From Oceanidesulfovibrio indonesiensis (GTDB lineage: Bacteria > Desulfobacterota > Desulfovibrionia > Desulfovibrionales > Desulfovibrionaceae): DNA of 32,000 bases. Numbering within the stretch: the stretch's first letter is position 1; every line of letters starts with the position of its first letter. The position numbers were made by a program, and so were the translations under genes. The stretch covers positions 11,326 through 43,325 of the forward strand of contig NZ_QMIE01000003.1 in the NCBI RefSeq assembly GCF_007625075.1. Reading direction: 5' to 3'. Shown in pieces: positions 1 to 11,870 of this stretch. The notes under the pieces are model-generated. The model did not search any database and was not told the DNA's origin. It saw nothing but the letters and a program-made list of their open reading frames with translations.

Positions 1-80
1 GCATGGATTACGCCAATGTGCTTCCCCTGGTTGACTGTATCGCGAAAACGCTTACAGACATGCTCAAAGAACGATTCTAG
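1..80 (+). CDS. hrcA: Heat-inducible transcription repressor HrcA, C-terminal end only (partial)
   Basis: Frame from nt 3 reads MDYANVLPLVDCIAKTLTDMLKERF* ending at nt 80, resembling HrcA C-termini (YA.V.PLVD); directly upstream of grpE-dnaK. Confidence 0.8.
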   Translation, partial: MDYANVLPLVDCIAKTLTDMLKERF

Positions 81-106
81 CGCCGGCCTCAAGCCGGCGT
101 CTTTTT
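81..106 (+). terminator. Rho-independent terminator after hrcA
   Basis: cgccggc-ctcaa-gccggcg perfect 7-bp stem followed by tcttttt. Confidence 0.8.
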
Positions 107-144
107 GGAAACCATTCACCCCTAGTGAAGAGGAGGCATGTCCC

Positions 145-726
145 ATGTCAGGAGACAGCCGCGTGGAGATACCCGTGAACCAGAACGACGACACCGCCAA
201 GAACGGACCGGAAGAAGAATCCGCACCCGATGAGATACAGCTCACGGATGAAGAGCTCGTGGCCATCTGCAAGGAGCGCGTCTGCAAGACCTGCGACGAA
301 AAAGAGCAGGCCGACCAGGAACGGCTGCGCAGCCTGGCCGAGATGGACAACTTCAAGAAACGCCTGACCCGCGAGAAGGAAGACTTCTGCAAATTCGCCA
401 ATGAGGGCCTGCTCGCGGAACTCCTGCCTGTGCTGGACAACATGGAACTCGCGCTGGAACACGGCGGCAAGGTGGAGGCATGCAAGGACCTCGTCATGGG
501 CGTGGACATGACCCGCAAGATATTTCTCGACATCCTGGCCCGGCAGGGACTCACCCCTGTGGGGGAAATCGGCGAGCCGTTCAACCCGGAAAAGCACGAA
601 GCCATGGCGCACGAAGACCGCGACGACATGGAGCCGGAGCTTGTCTGTTCGGTGCTGCAGCGCGGCTACCTGCTCAAGGACCGACTGCTGCGCCCGGCCA
701 AGGTTACGGTGTCGCGCGCCTGCTAA
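145..726 (+). CDS. grpE: Nucleotide exchange factor GrpE
   Basis: ATG at 145 with AGGAGG at 131-136; protein contains NFKKRLTREKEDFCKFANEGLLAELLPVLDNMELAL and EHEAMAHE-like GrpE signatures. Confidence 0.95.
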   Translation: MSGDSRVEIPVNQNDDTAKNGPEEESAPDEIQLTDEELVAICKERVCKTCDEKEQADQERLRSLAEMDNFKKRLTREKEDFCKFANEGLLAELLPVLDNMELALEHGGKVEACKDLVMGVDMTRKIFLDILARQGLTPVGEIGEPFNPEKHEAMAHEDRDDMEPELVCSVLQRGYLLKDRLLRPAKVTVSRAC

Positions 727-867
727 AAAAATTCACATTTCCCCCTGGACGTAGGGGAATGATGGATTAATATGTGATGATTGCACAAACGTGTTCCGCT
801 TTTCATCACTGCCCGCGCATGAAATGCGCATAGCTTAGAACGAACTCTGGGAGGAGGTTTTTTTCAT

Positions 868-2784
<1,917 letters not shown>

Positions 2785-2829
2785 GGAATGAAGCTCCCGC
2801 CTTGCCAAATGCAAGGCGCACGGTATAAC

Positions 2830-2880
2830 AAGGCCTGGTTCGTCGCGGTGCAGTTCGCCGGACGACCAGGCCTTTTTTCT
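2830..2880 (+). terminator. Rho-independent terminator after dnaK
   Basis: aaggcctggttcgtc ... gacgaccaggcctt with one bulge, followed by a T-rich tract. Confidence 0.85.
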
Positions 2881-2913
2881 TCCATACGCATACCATAAAA
2901 CAGGCCCGCCACC

Positions 2914-4845
2914 ATGACACGCACCATGATACGTTTCCTTGCCGTAAGCGCCCTGCTTGTTCTTGTCGCTGCCGGCTGCCAGATGAAGGCCCCGCTGCCA
3001 CCGCCCACGCCGGCGCCGGCGCCCGAGCTCACCTTGGCCGAACGGGCAGAGAACGCATGGCGGGCCGGCGACATGGTCGCCAGCGAGACGCTTTACAGCA
3101 GGCTCATCGAGGAGGGCGCCCTCTCCCGGGAAGCCCTGGCCACCGCATGGGAACGCTATGTGTTCAGCGCCCTGGCCAACGGCCATCAGCATGCGGCGCT
3201 CCAGTCCATGGACGCCTTCCGGGCTGCCGCGCCCGGCGGCGCCGAGTACGAACCATGGCAGGAAGCCTATCGGCGAGCCCTGCAGGGCGTAGGCGATACC
3301 GGGGCCAAACAGCAACATGCGACGCGCATCGTGGAGGACGCATCACTGCCGCCGCTCCTGCGCGCCAGGGCTGGCGCCATACTCGCCGGCTACTACTGGC
3401 GCACGGCCGACCTCCAGGCCGCATTGGGCGTACTTCAGGACCTCGCCGCCGAGTTCCCGGCACGGGGCAAAGACTTCCAGGCCGCGCTGGAACGCGGGCT
3501 TTTCGATGAAGTCGCGTCCGTGGACGAAAGCAACCTCGATGCCATGGGCTTCCTCATCCCGCCCACAGAGCAGGACGAGTTCCCTTACACCATCATCGAA
3601 CTGGAACGTGCGCGCCGCCTGGCGCAGACCCCCGGCGGTATGATGCAGGCAAGACAGATAGTCGCGCGCATCAAGCCGCTCCTCGCCGACGCCTCCCTGG
3701 CAGACAGGGTCTTCATGGTCGAAGCGCCTGACTTTGCGGGCATCGACGGCCTGGCCCTGGCCCTGCCACTGTCCGGCCCGTTCAAATCCATCGGCTGGAA
3801 GATCATGCAGGGAGCCAACCTCGCCCAGGCAGAGCTTGCCTCCATGGGCTATGACGTTGCTGTGGAGGGACTGAACACCGACTCGGCCGACTGGGTGCAG
3901 AAGGTGCGCGAGCTGCCTTCGAACTATCGCATCGTTGGCGGTCCCCTGCGGCTCAGCGAGGTGTCCCAGCTCCAGGATTCTGGCCTGTTGCAGTCCCGCG
4001 CGTTCTTCACGTTCCTGAACTCAACGGGCGAGCTCTCCGAGGGCTACGACGCCTGGCGGTTCTTCTCCAGCCCGCAGGACCAGGTGCTCTCACTCATAGA
4101 TTTCGCAACAGGCCGCTACGGCGTGCGCCAGGTCGCGGTGCTCTATCCGGACGAGCCGTTCGGCCGCAGGATGGGAGAGCTCTTCTCCGAGGAGGCCCGA
4201 AACCGCGGCATCGAGATTACCGCCATGCGAACCTATCCGCCCAAGGATCAGAGCGGCTGGTACGATATCGTAGGGCAGCTCGCTGCCACCGCCTCCTTCG
4301 ACGCCGTTTTTCTTCCGGGGGACTGGGAGCACGCCAAGATGCTCGTACCCAACTTCCTTTACCACAAACGCGGAGACGCCCTGGTGCTCGGTCCCGCGCT
4401 CTGGGCACAGACGCTGTCCCGTCAGAGCTACGTGGTGGAAAACGACTTCCGTCGCACCGTATTTCCCGGCGCCTGGTGGCCCGGCAATGCAACCCCGGCC
4501 GCGCGGAGCCTGACGACGCTGGCTGCCCAGCGGGACGTCGATGTCGACTTCTGGGTCGCACTCGGCTTTGACTTCGTCCGTTTCGCCAATGCATTCGGCA
4601 CGCTGCCCGAAGCCTGGACCGCACAGGATGTGAACGCCCGGTTGCAGGAAGCGGCACAGGTCATAAATTGGGCCGAAGCCCCCATTACCTGGGGACCCCA
4701 GGGTGTGGCGCAGCAGGACCTGTTCCTCTTCCGCCCCACCATGCAGGGCTTTACCCTGTACAACGAGATGCCCGGCGCCGTTCCGGAAACCGAGGAACGC
4801 GCCTTTGGACCGAGAACCCGAGATCCCGGACCGATTCTGCCATGA
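2914..4845 (+). CDS. Periplasmic-binding-fold lipoprotein, LpoA-like penicillin-binding protein activator family
   Basis: Lipoprotein signal MTRTMIRFLAVSALLVLVAAGCQ; helical/TPR-like N-terminal half; C-terminal half with IDGLALALPLSGPFKSIGWKIMQGANLAQAEL and VAVLYPDEPFGRRMGELF typical of Peripla_BP_6-like domains. Confidence 0.75.
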   Translation: MTRTMIRFLAVSALLVLVAAGCQMKAPLPPPTPAPAPELTLAERAENAWRAGDMVASETLYSRLIEEGALSREALATAWERYVFSALANGHQHAALQSMDAFRAAAPGGAEYEPWQEAYRRALQGVGDTGAKQQHATRIVEDASLPPLLRARAGAILAGYYWRTADLQAALGVLQDLAAEFPARGKDFQAALERGLFDEVASVDESNLDAMGFLIPPTEQDEFPYTIIELERARRLAQTPGGMMQARQIVARIKPLLADASLADRVFMVEAPDFAGIDGLALALPLSGPFKSIGWKIMQGANLAQAELASMGYDVAVEGLNTDSADWVQKVRELPSNYRIVGGPLRLSEVSQLQDSGLLQSRAFFTFLNSTGELSEGYDAWRFFSSPQDQVLSLIDFATGRYGVRQVAVLYPDEPFGRRMGELFSEEARNRGIEITAMRTYPPKDQSGWYDIVGQLAATASFDAVFLPGDWEHAKMLVPNFLYHKRGDALVLGPALWAQTLSRQSYVVENDFRRTVFPGAWWPGNATPAARSLTTLAAQRDVDVDFWVALGFDFVRFANAFGTLPEAWTAQDVNARLQEAAQVINWAEAPITWGPQGVAQQDLFLFRPTMQGFTLYNEMPGAVPETEERAFGPRTRDPGPILP

Positions 4846-5141
4846 GCACGAAAAAAGATATCCTGTCCACGGAAGAAGTGGCGCGCATTGCCCGCCTCGC
4901 ACGGCTCGAGCCCGCGCCGGATAAGCTCGAACGCTACGCCGGCCAGCTCGGCGACATCCTTGAGCACATGGAAATCCTCGCCGAGGTGGACGTGACCGGC
5001 GTCGACCCCCTCTACTCACCGGTCGAACACGAGACCGTGTTCCGTGAGGATGTGGCGAAACGCCGCGCGACCCGGGAGCAGATACTCTCCAACGCTCCCC
5101 AGGACGACGGCGCCTTCTACATTGTTCCCAAGATCGTCTGA
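4842..5141 (+). CDS. gatC: Asp-tRNA(Asn)/Glu-tRNA(Gln) amidotransferase subunit C
   Basis: [60 protein letters not shown]; ATGA overlap with upstream gene; gatA follows. Confidence 0.95.
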   Translation: MSTKKDILSTEEVARIARLARLEPAPDKLERYAGQLGDILEHMEILAEVDVTGVDPLYSPVEHETVFREDVAKRRATREQILSNAPQDDGAFYIVPKIV

Positions 5142-5187
5142 TCGGCCGCAACCGTTTACGACGCCAACCAAATTTCGAGCTTTCACA

Positions 5188-6660
5188 ATGTCCGAACTCG
5201 TTACCCTGAGCCTGAAAGACGTCCGCGACAAGCTTGCGCGCAAGGAAGTAAGCGCCCGCGAGGTGGTGGACGCCTGCATGGAACGCATCGAAGCCACCGA
5301 CACCGAGCTCAACGCCCTGACCAGGCCCATGCCAGAGGAGGCCCGCGCCAGGGCCGAGGCCTTGGACGCCGGCGGCCCAGACCCTGACAAGCCGCTCTGG
5401 GGCGTGCCCATCGCCGTCAAGGACCTTATCTGCGTGGCCGGCGTGCCCAACACGTGCGGCTCGCGTATACTGGAAAATTTTGTGCCCTTCTACGACGCGC
5501 ACCTCGTGTCCAGACTCGTGGACGCAGGCGCCATCATCGTGGGCAAGGCGAACCTGGACGAGTTCGCCATGGGCTCCTCCACCGAAACGTCATGCTACGG
5601 CGTCACTCGCAACCCCTGGGACACGAACCGCGTCCCGGGCGGTTCCTCCGGTGGCTCCGCCGCCGCCGTGAGCGCCTGCCAGTGCTACGCTTCGGTGGGC
5701 ACGGACACAGGCGGTTCCATCCGGTTGCCGGCCTCGCTCTGCGGCTGCGTAGGCGTCAAACCCACGTACGGACGCGTCTCCCGCTACGGCCTCGTGGCCT
5801 ACGGCTCCTCGCTGGACCAGGCCGGCCCCTTCGGCCGCACTGTGGAGGACACCGCCATCATGCTGGAGGCCATGTCCGGTCATGACGACAAAGACTCCAC
5901 TTCCGTGGACCGCCCGGTAGAGCCCTACGCCCGGCTGCTTGCCGAACGCGGCGACCTCAAGGGCCTTACCGTTGGCCTGCCCAAGGAGTACTGGGACGAG
6001 GGCCTGGACCCCGAAGTGGAAAGCGTACTGTCCAGATCGCTGGACACGCTCAAGGGGCTCGGCGCTACGCTCAAGGAGGTTTCCCTCCCGCTCACCAAAT
6101 ACGCCGTGCCCACCTACTACATCATCGCCATGGCCGAGGCGAGTTCAAACCTCGCCCGGTTCGACGGCGTGCGCTACGGCCGCCGCGCCGAAAAACCCGA
6201 AGACCTCATGGACCTCTACGTGCGCTCCCGCACCGAAGGCTTCGGCGACGAGGTCCAACGCCGCATAATGATCGGCACGTATGTGCTCTCCGCGGGGTAC
6301 TACGACGCATATTACCGCAAGGCCGCCCAGGTGCGCCGCCGCATCCGGGACGATTTCCTCGCCGCCCTGGACGGCTGCGACGTGCTCGCCGGAGCCACCT
6401 CGCCCACAGTGGCCTGGCAACTGGGCGCGCTCACGGACGATCCGCTCAAGATGTACCTCATGGATATCTTCACCCTGTCCATCAACCTCGCTGGCCTGCC
6501 CGGGCTCGTATTGCCCGTGGGTCTCGGCCGCGAGTCCGGCATGCCCGTCGGATTGCAGCTCATCGGCAAGTCTTTTGACGAGTCGACCCTCTTCCAGACC
6601 GGGCATCTGCTGGAGCAAGCCTTGGAGCCCATCGGTCCGCCGGCAGGGCTGTCCGGATAG
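5188..6660 (+). CDS. gatA: Asp-tRNA(Asn)/Glu-tRNA(Gln) amidotransferase subunit A
   Basis: ATG at 5188 ([16 protein letters not shown]); amidase signature [26 protein letters not shown] and [11 protein letters not shown]. Confidence 0.98.
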   Translation: MSELVTLSLKDVRDKLARKEVSAREVVDACMERIEATDTELNALTRPMPEEARARAEALDAGGPDPDKPLWGVPIAVKDLICVAGVPNTCGSRILENFVPFYDAHLVSRLVDAGAIIVGKANLDEFAMGSSTETSCYGVTRNPWDTNRVPGGSSGGSAAAVSACQCYASVGTDTGGSIRLPASLCGCVGVKPTYGRVSRYGLVAYGSSLDQAGPFGRTVEDTAIMLEAMSGHDDKDSTSVDRPVEPYARLLAERGDLKGLTVGLPKEYWDEGLDPEVESVLSRSLDTLKGLGATLKEVSLPLTKYAVPTYYIIAMAEASSNLARFDGVRYGRRAEKPEDLMDLYVRSRTEGFGDEVQRRIMIGTYVLSAGYYDAYYRKAAQVRRRIRDDFLAALDGCDVLAGATSPTVAWQLGALTDDPLKMYLMDIFTLSINLAGLPGLVLPVGLGRESGMPVGLQLIGKSFDESTLFQTGHLLEQALEPIGPPAGLSG

Positions 6661-6666
6661 GAGCTC

Positions 6667-7725
6667 GTGCCCAGAAACGTGGACTCGGTGGCCGTCGCCG
6701 TCTCGGGCGGTCGTGACAGCCTCCTCGCACTCGCCCTGCTCGCGGAGCAATACGGACCGGACCGCGTCCTCGCCATCCATGGCCTCTTCATTCGCGAAGC
6801 CGACCCGCGGCTGCTCGCCGACTTGAAGCGCGTATGCCGCGATGTCGGCGTTTCCCTCGTCGTGGCGGACCTGAGGGAGCGCTTCGAGCGGCTGGTTATC
6901 CAGCCATTCGTGGCGGATTACGCCGCCGGCCGCACACCCAACCCGTGCGCGATCTGCAATCGCGAGGTGAAGTTCGGCCTGTTGCTCGAAGAGGCTCACA
7001 CCCGCGGCGTTTCCCACATCGCCACCGGTCATTACGCTCGGCTTGAGCATTGTCCGCAGCGCACCGCCCTGTTCCGCGGGACCGACCCGACAAAGGACCA
7101 GTCCTATTTCCTGTCCCTCGTACCGGAGGAATCCCTGGCCTGCGCGCTTTTCCCACTGGGCGAGCGGTTCAAGGCCGACACGTTGTCCGCGCTGGAAGCC
7201 CGCGGCCTTACGCCGCCAGCGCCGCAGGAAAGCCAGGAGGTCTGCTTCGTGCCTGACGATGACTACATCTCGTTCATCGAGGCGCGCCGTCCTGAACTGT
7301 GCGACACAGGTCCCATCGAGCTTGCCGACGGCACGCGCCTCGGCGTCCATGGCGGCCTGCACCGCTTCACCCCCGGACAACGCCGCGGCATCGGCGTGGC
7401 GTATACGGAACCGCTCTACGTGCTGGGAAAGGACATGGCCCGCAACGCCCTCATCGTCGGCCCGAAAGAGCTTACCACCTCCCGCGGCTGCACCGTCGGC
7501 GAGGTGAACCTGCTCGTTCCGCCGGACGAGTGGCCGGACGAATGCTTCGCCAAGACGCGTTACCGCCAGCAGGCCGCGCCGGCGCGCGTTGCGTTTCAGG
7601 ACGGTCGTCTCGATATCGAATTCCTTGAGCCACGCTCCCTGCCGGCGGCCGGGCAGGTGGCCGCGGTGTACGATGCCCTGGGCCGCGTGCTCGCCGGAGG
7701 CATCATCCAGGAGGAGACGTCATAG
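6667..7725 (+). CDS. mnmA: tRNA-specific 2-thiouridylase MnmA-like protein
   Basis: PP-loop-like VAVSGGRDS, TPNPCAICNREVKFG, ATGHYARL, KDQSYFLSLV, ESQEVCFVPDDDYISFI; GTG start. Confidence 0.85.
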   Translation: MPRNVDSVAVAVSGGRDSLLALALLAEQYGPDRVLAIHGLFIREADPRLLADLKRVCRDVGVSLVVADLRERFERLVIQPFVADYAAGRTPNPCAICNREVKFGLLLEEAHTRGVSHIATGHYARLEHCPQRTALFRGTDPTKDQSYFLSLVPEESLACALFPLGERFKADTLSALEARGLTPPAPQESQEVCFVPDDDYISFIEARRPELCDTGPIELADGTRLGVHGGLHRFTPGQRRGIGVAYTEPLYVLGKDMARNALIVGPKELTTSRGCTVGEVNLLVPPDEWPDECFAKTRYRQQAAPARVAFQDGRLDIEFLEPRSLPAAGQVAAVYDALGRVLAGGIIQEETS

Positions 7726-9015
7726 ATGCATCGGCGCTTTCATATCGTCACCCTGGGCTGCAAGGTGAACCAGTACGAAAGCCAGGCTCTGCGCGAGGCG
7801 TGGCGCAGCGCCGGCCTGGAGGAAACGGCCGACCCTGCCGCGGCCGATGTGCTGCTGGTGAACTCCTGCGCCGTCACGGCCCGGGCCATCCGGGACTTGC
7901 GTCACCGCGTGGCCAAACTGGCCAGGGAGAATCCGTATGCCGAAATCGTGCTTACAGGCTGCGCTGCCGAGGCCTGTCGCGATGAACTCGGCGACCTTGC
8001 AGGCGTGAGCGAGATAGTTCCCCAGAAGCAGAAAACCGACCTCCTGGCCCGCTTTGCCAAACTGGCGACGGAGCCGCCCCGGTCCTTCCGCGTTAGCGGG
8101 GCCGAACGCGCCCGCGGCAACCTCGTGGTCCAGGACGGCTGCTCCCACAACTGCGCCTATTGCATCGTTCCGCGCGCCCGCGGAGGGCCGGTGAGCCGAA
8201 CTCCGCAGGAAGTGGAAGACGAAGCGCGGCGGCTGCTCGAATCCGGCGTGCACGAGATCATGCTGAGCGGCGTGAACCTCCGCCAGTACGGACCGGACCT
8301 CGACCCACAGCGAGATTTCTGGGATCTGCTCGCACACCTGGACGCCGCCCTCGCGCCGGAATGGACAGGCCGAGCCCAGTTGCGCCTGTCCTCACTCGAT
8401 CCTTCCCTGCTATCGGACAAGGGGCTGGCGACCCTGGCCGGCTGTCGGCTGGTCTGTCCGCATTTGCATGTTTCCCTGCAGAGCGGCAGCCCGAGAGTGC
8501 TTTCGGCCATGCGGCGGGGCCATTACACGCCGGAGCAGATCATACGTTTCGTGGAGAAACTGCCTGAGATCTGGCCCCGATTCGGCCTGGGCGTGGACGT
8601 GATCGTAGGCTTTCCCGGCGAGGATGAAGCCGATTTTGCAGCCACTGTAGCGATATGCACAAATCTGCCCCTCTCCTACGCGCACGTCTTCCCTTTCTCG
8701 CCGCGAGCAGGCACGATAGCCGCTTCCATGCAGGACGACGTGGAGCCGTCGGAAAAGAAACGCCGCGCCGCAGCATTGCGCGCCATTGCGGCGGAGAAAA
8801 AACATGCATTTCTGGAGGCGGAAGCATTGCGAGAGTCCCTGGTTGTCGCCCTGGAAGCTGCTGATCCGCAATGTGGAGGTAAAGGCACTTCGGAAACGTA
8901 TCTACCTTGTCTTTTTGATGAACCGATGGAATCAACTCTCGTGGGCCGGCTCGTATCGGCCCGCCCTCTCGGTGTTCGCAAGGAATCCTTGCTCGTCACA
9001 CGAGTCACGCGCTGA
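7726..9015 (+). CDS. mtaB: MiaB/MtaB-type tRNA methylthiotransferase (radical SAM)
   Basis: FHIVTLGCKVNQYESQ N-terminal motif; radical SAM DGCSHNCAYCIVPRARGG; MSGVNLRQYG-like region. MtaB rather than MiaB inferred from the GCKVNQYE motif. Confidence 0.85.
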   Translation: MHRRFHIVTLGCKVNQYESQALREAWRSAGLEETADPAAADVLLVNSCAVTARAIRDLRHRVAKLARENPYAEIVLTGCAAEACRDELGDLAGVSEIVPQKQKTDLLARFAKLATEPPRSFRVSGAERARGNLVVQDGCSHNCAYCIVPRARGGPVSRTPQEVEDEARRLLESGVHEIMLSGVNLRQYGPDLDPQRDFWDLLAHLDAALAPEWTGRAQLRLSSLDPSLLSDKGLATLAGCRLVCPHLHVSLQSGSPRVLSAMRRGHYTPEQIIRFVEKLPEIWPRFGLGVDVIVGFPGEDEADFAATVAICTNLPLSYAHVFPFSPRAGTIAASMQDDVEPSEKKRRAAALRAIAAEKKHAFLEAEALRESLVVALEAADPQCGGKGTSETYLPCLFDEPMESTLVGRLVSARPLGVRKESLLVTRVTR

Positions 9016-9103
9016 ACGCATCCGGACATGAACCGACGTTTACTTGTCCAGAAGCCTGAAATCTATTATAAAGCATCTGAATGACAGCAAAGGAGCACGC
9101 ACT

Positions 9104-10006
9104 GTGCGCAGCATGACAGGATACGGACGATCCTCCACACAGGCTTGCGGCGACGTCGCCGACACCGCCCGTGGCTGGGCCTACACGTGGGAGATCAAAA
9201 GCGTAAACGGCCGCCATCTTGACACAAAATGGCGCATGCCGTCCTCCGTGCGTTGCATGGAGCAGGAGTTCGAGAATTTGGTCCGCACCAAGGCATCCCG
9301 CGGACGGGTAGAGATCAACCTGCATCTTTCCATCTTCAAACCAGAGCTTCTGGGCATCCGGCTCAACCGCCCCATGGTGCGCGCCATGATCGACGAGGTG
9401 CGCGCCCTTGCGGAACATGACGGCCTCGATTTCCTGCCGGACTACAACCGCTTCTTCACCATCTCCAGTTTGTGGGAAGAGGACTCCAGCGGAGTTGACG
9501 CGTCCCTGGCCAAGAGTCTGTCGCGCGGCCTGGCCGACGCCCTGGACGACTGGAACACCGCCCGCGAGAAGGAAGGCCACAGCCTGTACAACGATCTCCG
9601 CTCGCGGCTGAACACCCTGCTCACGCTGCACGCGCAACTCGCCAAACGCGTGGCCGAGCTGGGCCCGGAAAAGGCTAAAGCCATTGAGGACAGGCTCGCT
9701 GCATTCCTGGCCAAACACGACCTCCAGCCCGACGAGAACATGCTCCTGCAGGAGGTCGCCATACTATCCGACAAGCTCGACGTAAGCGAGGAACTGACGC
9801 GGCTGCAGGCCCATCTCGAACTCGTTCGCGAGTTGCTGGAGGCCGGCGGCGAATGCGGCAAGAAGCTTGACTTCACGCTGCAGGAGTGCTTTCGCGAAAT
9901 CAACACCTGCGGCAACAAGGCCCAGGACCCGCACGTCTCAAGACTCGCGGTGGACTTCAAGGCCGAGCTGGAGAAGTGCCGCGAGCAGGTGCAAAATCTC
10001 GAATGA
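9104..10006 (+). CDS. yicC: YicC family protein (putative endoribonuclease)
   Basis: Probable GTG start at 9104 with AAAGGAG upstream; (V/M)RSMTGYGRSS... TWEIKSVNGRHLDTKWRMP; C-terminal INTCGNKAQDPHVSRLAVDFKAELEKCREQVQNLE. Confidence 0.9.
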   Translation: MRSMTGYGRSSTQACGDVADTARGWAYTWEIKSVNGRHLDTKWRMPSSVRCMEQEFENLVRTKASRGRVEINLHLSIFKPELLGIRLNRPMVRAMIDEVRALAEHDGLDFLPDYNRFFTISSLWEEDSSGVDASLAKSLSRGLADALDDWNTAREKEGHSLYNDLRSRLNTLLTLHAQLAKRVAELGPEKAKAIEDRLAAFLAKHDLQPDENMLLQEVAILSDKLDVSEELTRLQAHLELVRELLEAGGECGKKLDFTLQECFREINTCGNKAQDPHVSRLAVDFKAELEKCREQVQNLE

Positions 10007-10023
10007 TGTGAGTGCAATACAAC

Positions 10024-10278
10024 ATGCGCCCAGTCAAACTTCTGAACATCGGCTTCGGCAACTACGTCGTGGCCAACCGCGTGGTTTCCATCGTCGCGCC
10101 CTCCTCGTCCCCCATGCGGCGGCTTCGGGAGGACGCCCGGCAGGAGGGCCGGCTCGTGGACGCCACCCAGGGCCGCAAGACTCGCTCCATCATCATCACA
10201 GACTCGAACCATGTGCTCCTTTCGGCCATCCAGGCCGAAACGCTGGGCCAACGCTTCGCACAGGACAGTGACGAATGA
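10024..10278 (+). CDS. DUF370 / RemA-like regulatory protein
   Basis: [78 protein letters not shown]; between yicC and gmk as in many genomes. Confidence 0.92.
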   Translation: MRPVKLLNIGFGNYVVANRVVSIVAPSSSPMRRLREDARQEGRLVDATQGRKTRSIIITDSNHVLLSAIQAETLGQRFAQDSDE

Positions 10279-10898
10279 ACACCACCCGCCCGGGCATAGC
10301 GCTCATCCTCTCCGCTCCGTCGGGAGCCGGCAAGACGACGCTCGTCAAGCGCCTCACCGGCGATTTCGACCGTTTCGCCTATTCCGTTTCCTACACCACC
10401 CGCGCCCCGCGCGAAGGCGAGCAGGACGGCGTGGATTATCATTTCGTATCCATGAACCGCTTCGAAAAACTCGCTGGGGAGGGGTTCTTCGCGGAATGGG
10501 CGCGCGTGCACGACAACTGCTACGGCACGCCCATGTCCTCCGTGGTCGCCAACCTGCAACAGGGCAGGGACGTCCTCTTCGACATCGACGTCCAGGGCGC
10601 CCTCTCGCTCAAGCAATGGCTCGCTGGCGCCTATGTGTTCATTCTCCCCCCCTCCCGGGACGCCCTTGTGGAACGGCTCACCGGACGCGGCAAGGATTCG
10701 GACGAGATCGTGGCCACACGCATGCATAACGCCGCAGGCGAGATCGCAATGGCCAGGGAGTTCGACTACCTGGTCGTAAACGACGACCTCGACACGGCCT
10801 ACGACCAGCTCCGCGCCGTGTACCTTGCCCAGGGGCAACGCCGCGGCGTCCATGTCGGGCTCGTCGACGAGCTTCTGGACCAATGGAAGATGGAGTAG
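10275..10898 (+). CDS. gmk: Guanylate kinase
   Basis: [22 protein letters not shown]-loop; [24 protein letters not shown]; ATGA overlap with the preceding gene. Confidence 0.98.
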   Translation: MNTTRPGIALILSAPSGAGKTTLVKRLTGDFDRFAYSVSYTTRAPREGEQDGVDYHFVSMNRFEKLAGEGFFAEWARVHDNCYGTPMSSVVANLQQGRDVLFDIDVQGALSLKQWLAGAYVFILPPSRDALVERLTGRGKDSDEIVATRMHNAAGEIAMAREFDYLVVNDDLDTAYDQLRAVYLAQGQRRGVHVGLVDELLDQWKME

Positions 10899-10901
10899 AC
10901 C

Positions 10902-11870
10902 ATGGCCGAAAGCGACCGCAACAACGCGTCTCAGGCGCCCCAGGGTCAACAGGATGCGCACCGGCAGGGGGGCGAGCAGCCTAAGCCCTCGCAACAGCGC
11001 GACAACAAGATCTTCGGCATCTTTTCTTCGCAGACCATGCAGAAGGTCGGCACCGGCACCTCCGTGCGCAAGACCATTCAGAAAACCTTCTGGATGGCCA
11101 AGGAACTGGACGACGGCGTGGTGGAGATCCAACCCATCAACATGAACTGCGTGCCGTCCGGCCCCAAGCGCAAGGTCGCCAAGGAAGACCTCATCCAGAA
11201 ATTTTCGCCGGAACCGGAGTACTATGTCCAGACGGTCTACCCGGCCATGCGCAGCCTCGATCAAAAGATCCAGGACGGCGAGAAACACCGCGAAAAGGGC
11301 GAGCATTTCTCCGCGGAGAACAAGTTCCAGAAAGCTCTTGAGGTTGACGTGGAAAACGTCCGCGCCAACTTCGGCCTCGGCCTCACCTACCTGGAACGTG
11401 GGGAAAGCGAGAAGGCCGACAACATCTTCGAGCGGCTCGTGAAGCTCGATGCCGCCTTCGAGCCGGAGCACAAGCACCTGTTCAACGACTTCGGCATCAA
11501 CCTGCGCAAGAACAAGATGTACGACCAGGCGCTGGAATATTACAGCCGGGCCGAGACCCTGGCCACGGCGGACGAAAACCTCTACTACAACATGGCACGC
11601 GCCTATTTCGAAAAGCGCCGGGTCGAACAGGCTATCGAGTACCTGAACAAAGCTTTGGAGCTGGATCCGGAGCACGAGGCAGCCACCAGGTTCCTCGAAT
11701 GGATCAGAGAAAAGGATATTCTGAATAACGGAAACGATGTGCAATCCAGCTACGATGTGGATTCGGCCGGTGACACCGGCAGCCCGGCCCGCGAAAATCG
11801 CGCTGGTGACGATTCATACGACCTCGGCGGCGACATTTACGACATGGACAAGAATGGAGGATCTCCATGA
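10902..11870 (+). CDS. Tetratricopeptide repeat protein
   Basis: Repeats such as ENKFQKALEVDVENVRANFGLGLTYLERGESEKA and NLYYNMARAYFEKRRVEQAIEYLNKALELDPEHEAA. Confidence 0.9.
   Translation: MAESDRNNASQAPQGQQDAHRQGGEQPKPSQQRDNKIFGIFSSQTMQKVGTGTSVRKTIQKTFWMAKELDDGVVEIQPINMNCVPSGPKRKVAKEDLIQKFSPEPEYYVQTVYPAMRSLDQKIQDGEKHREKGEHFSAENKFQKALEVDVENVRANFGLGLTYLERGESEKADNIFERLVKLDAAFEPEHKHLFNDFGINLRKNKMYDQALEYYSRAETLATADENLYYNMARAYFEKRRVEQAIEYLNKALELDPEHEAATRFLEWIREKDILNNGNDVQSSYDVDSAGDTGSPARENRAGDDSYDLGGDIYDMDKNGGSP

Noticed and set aside
10062-11744. 560-aa minus-strand ORF opposite DUF370, gmk and TPR genes
   Set aside because: Shadow ORF; the opposite strand carries clear guanylate kinase and TPR proteins.
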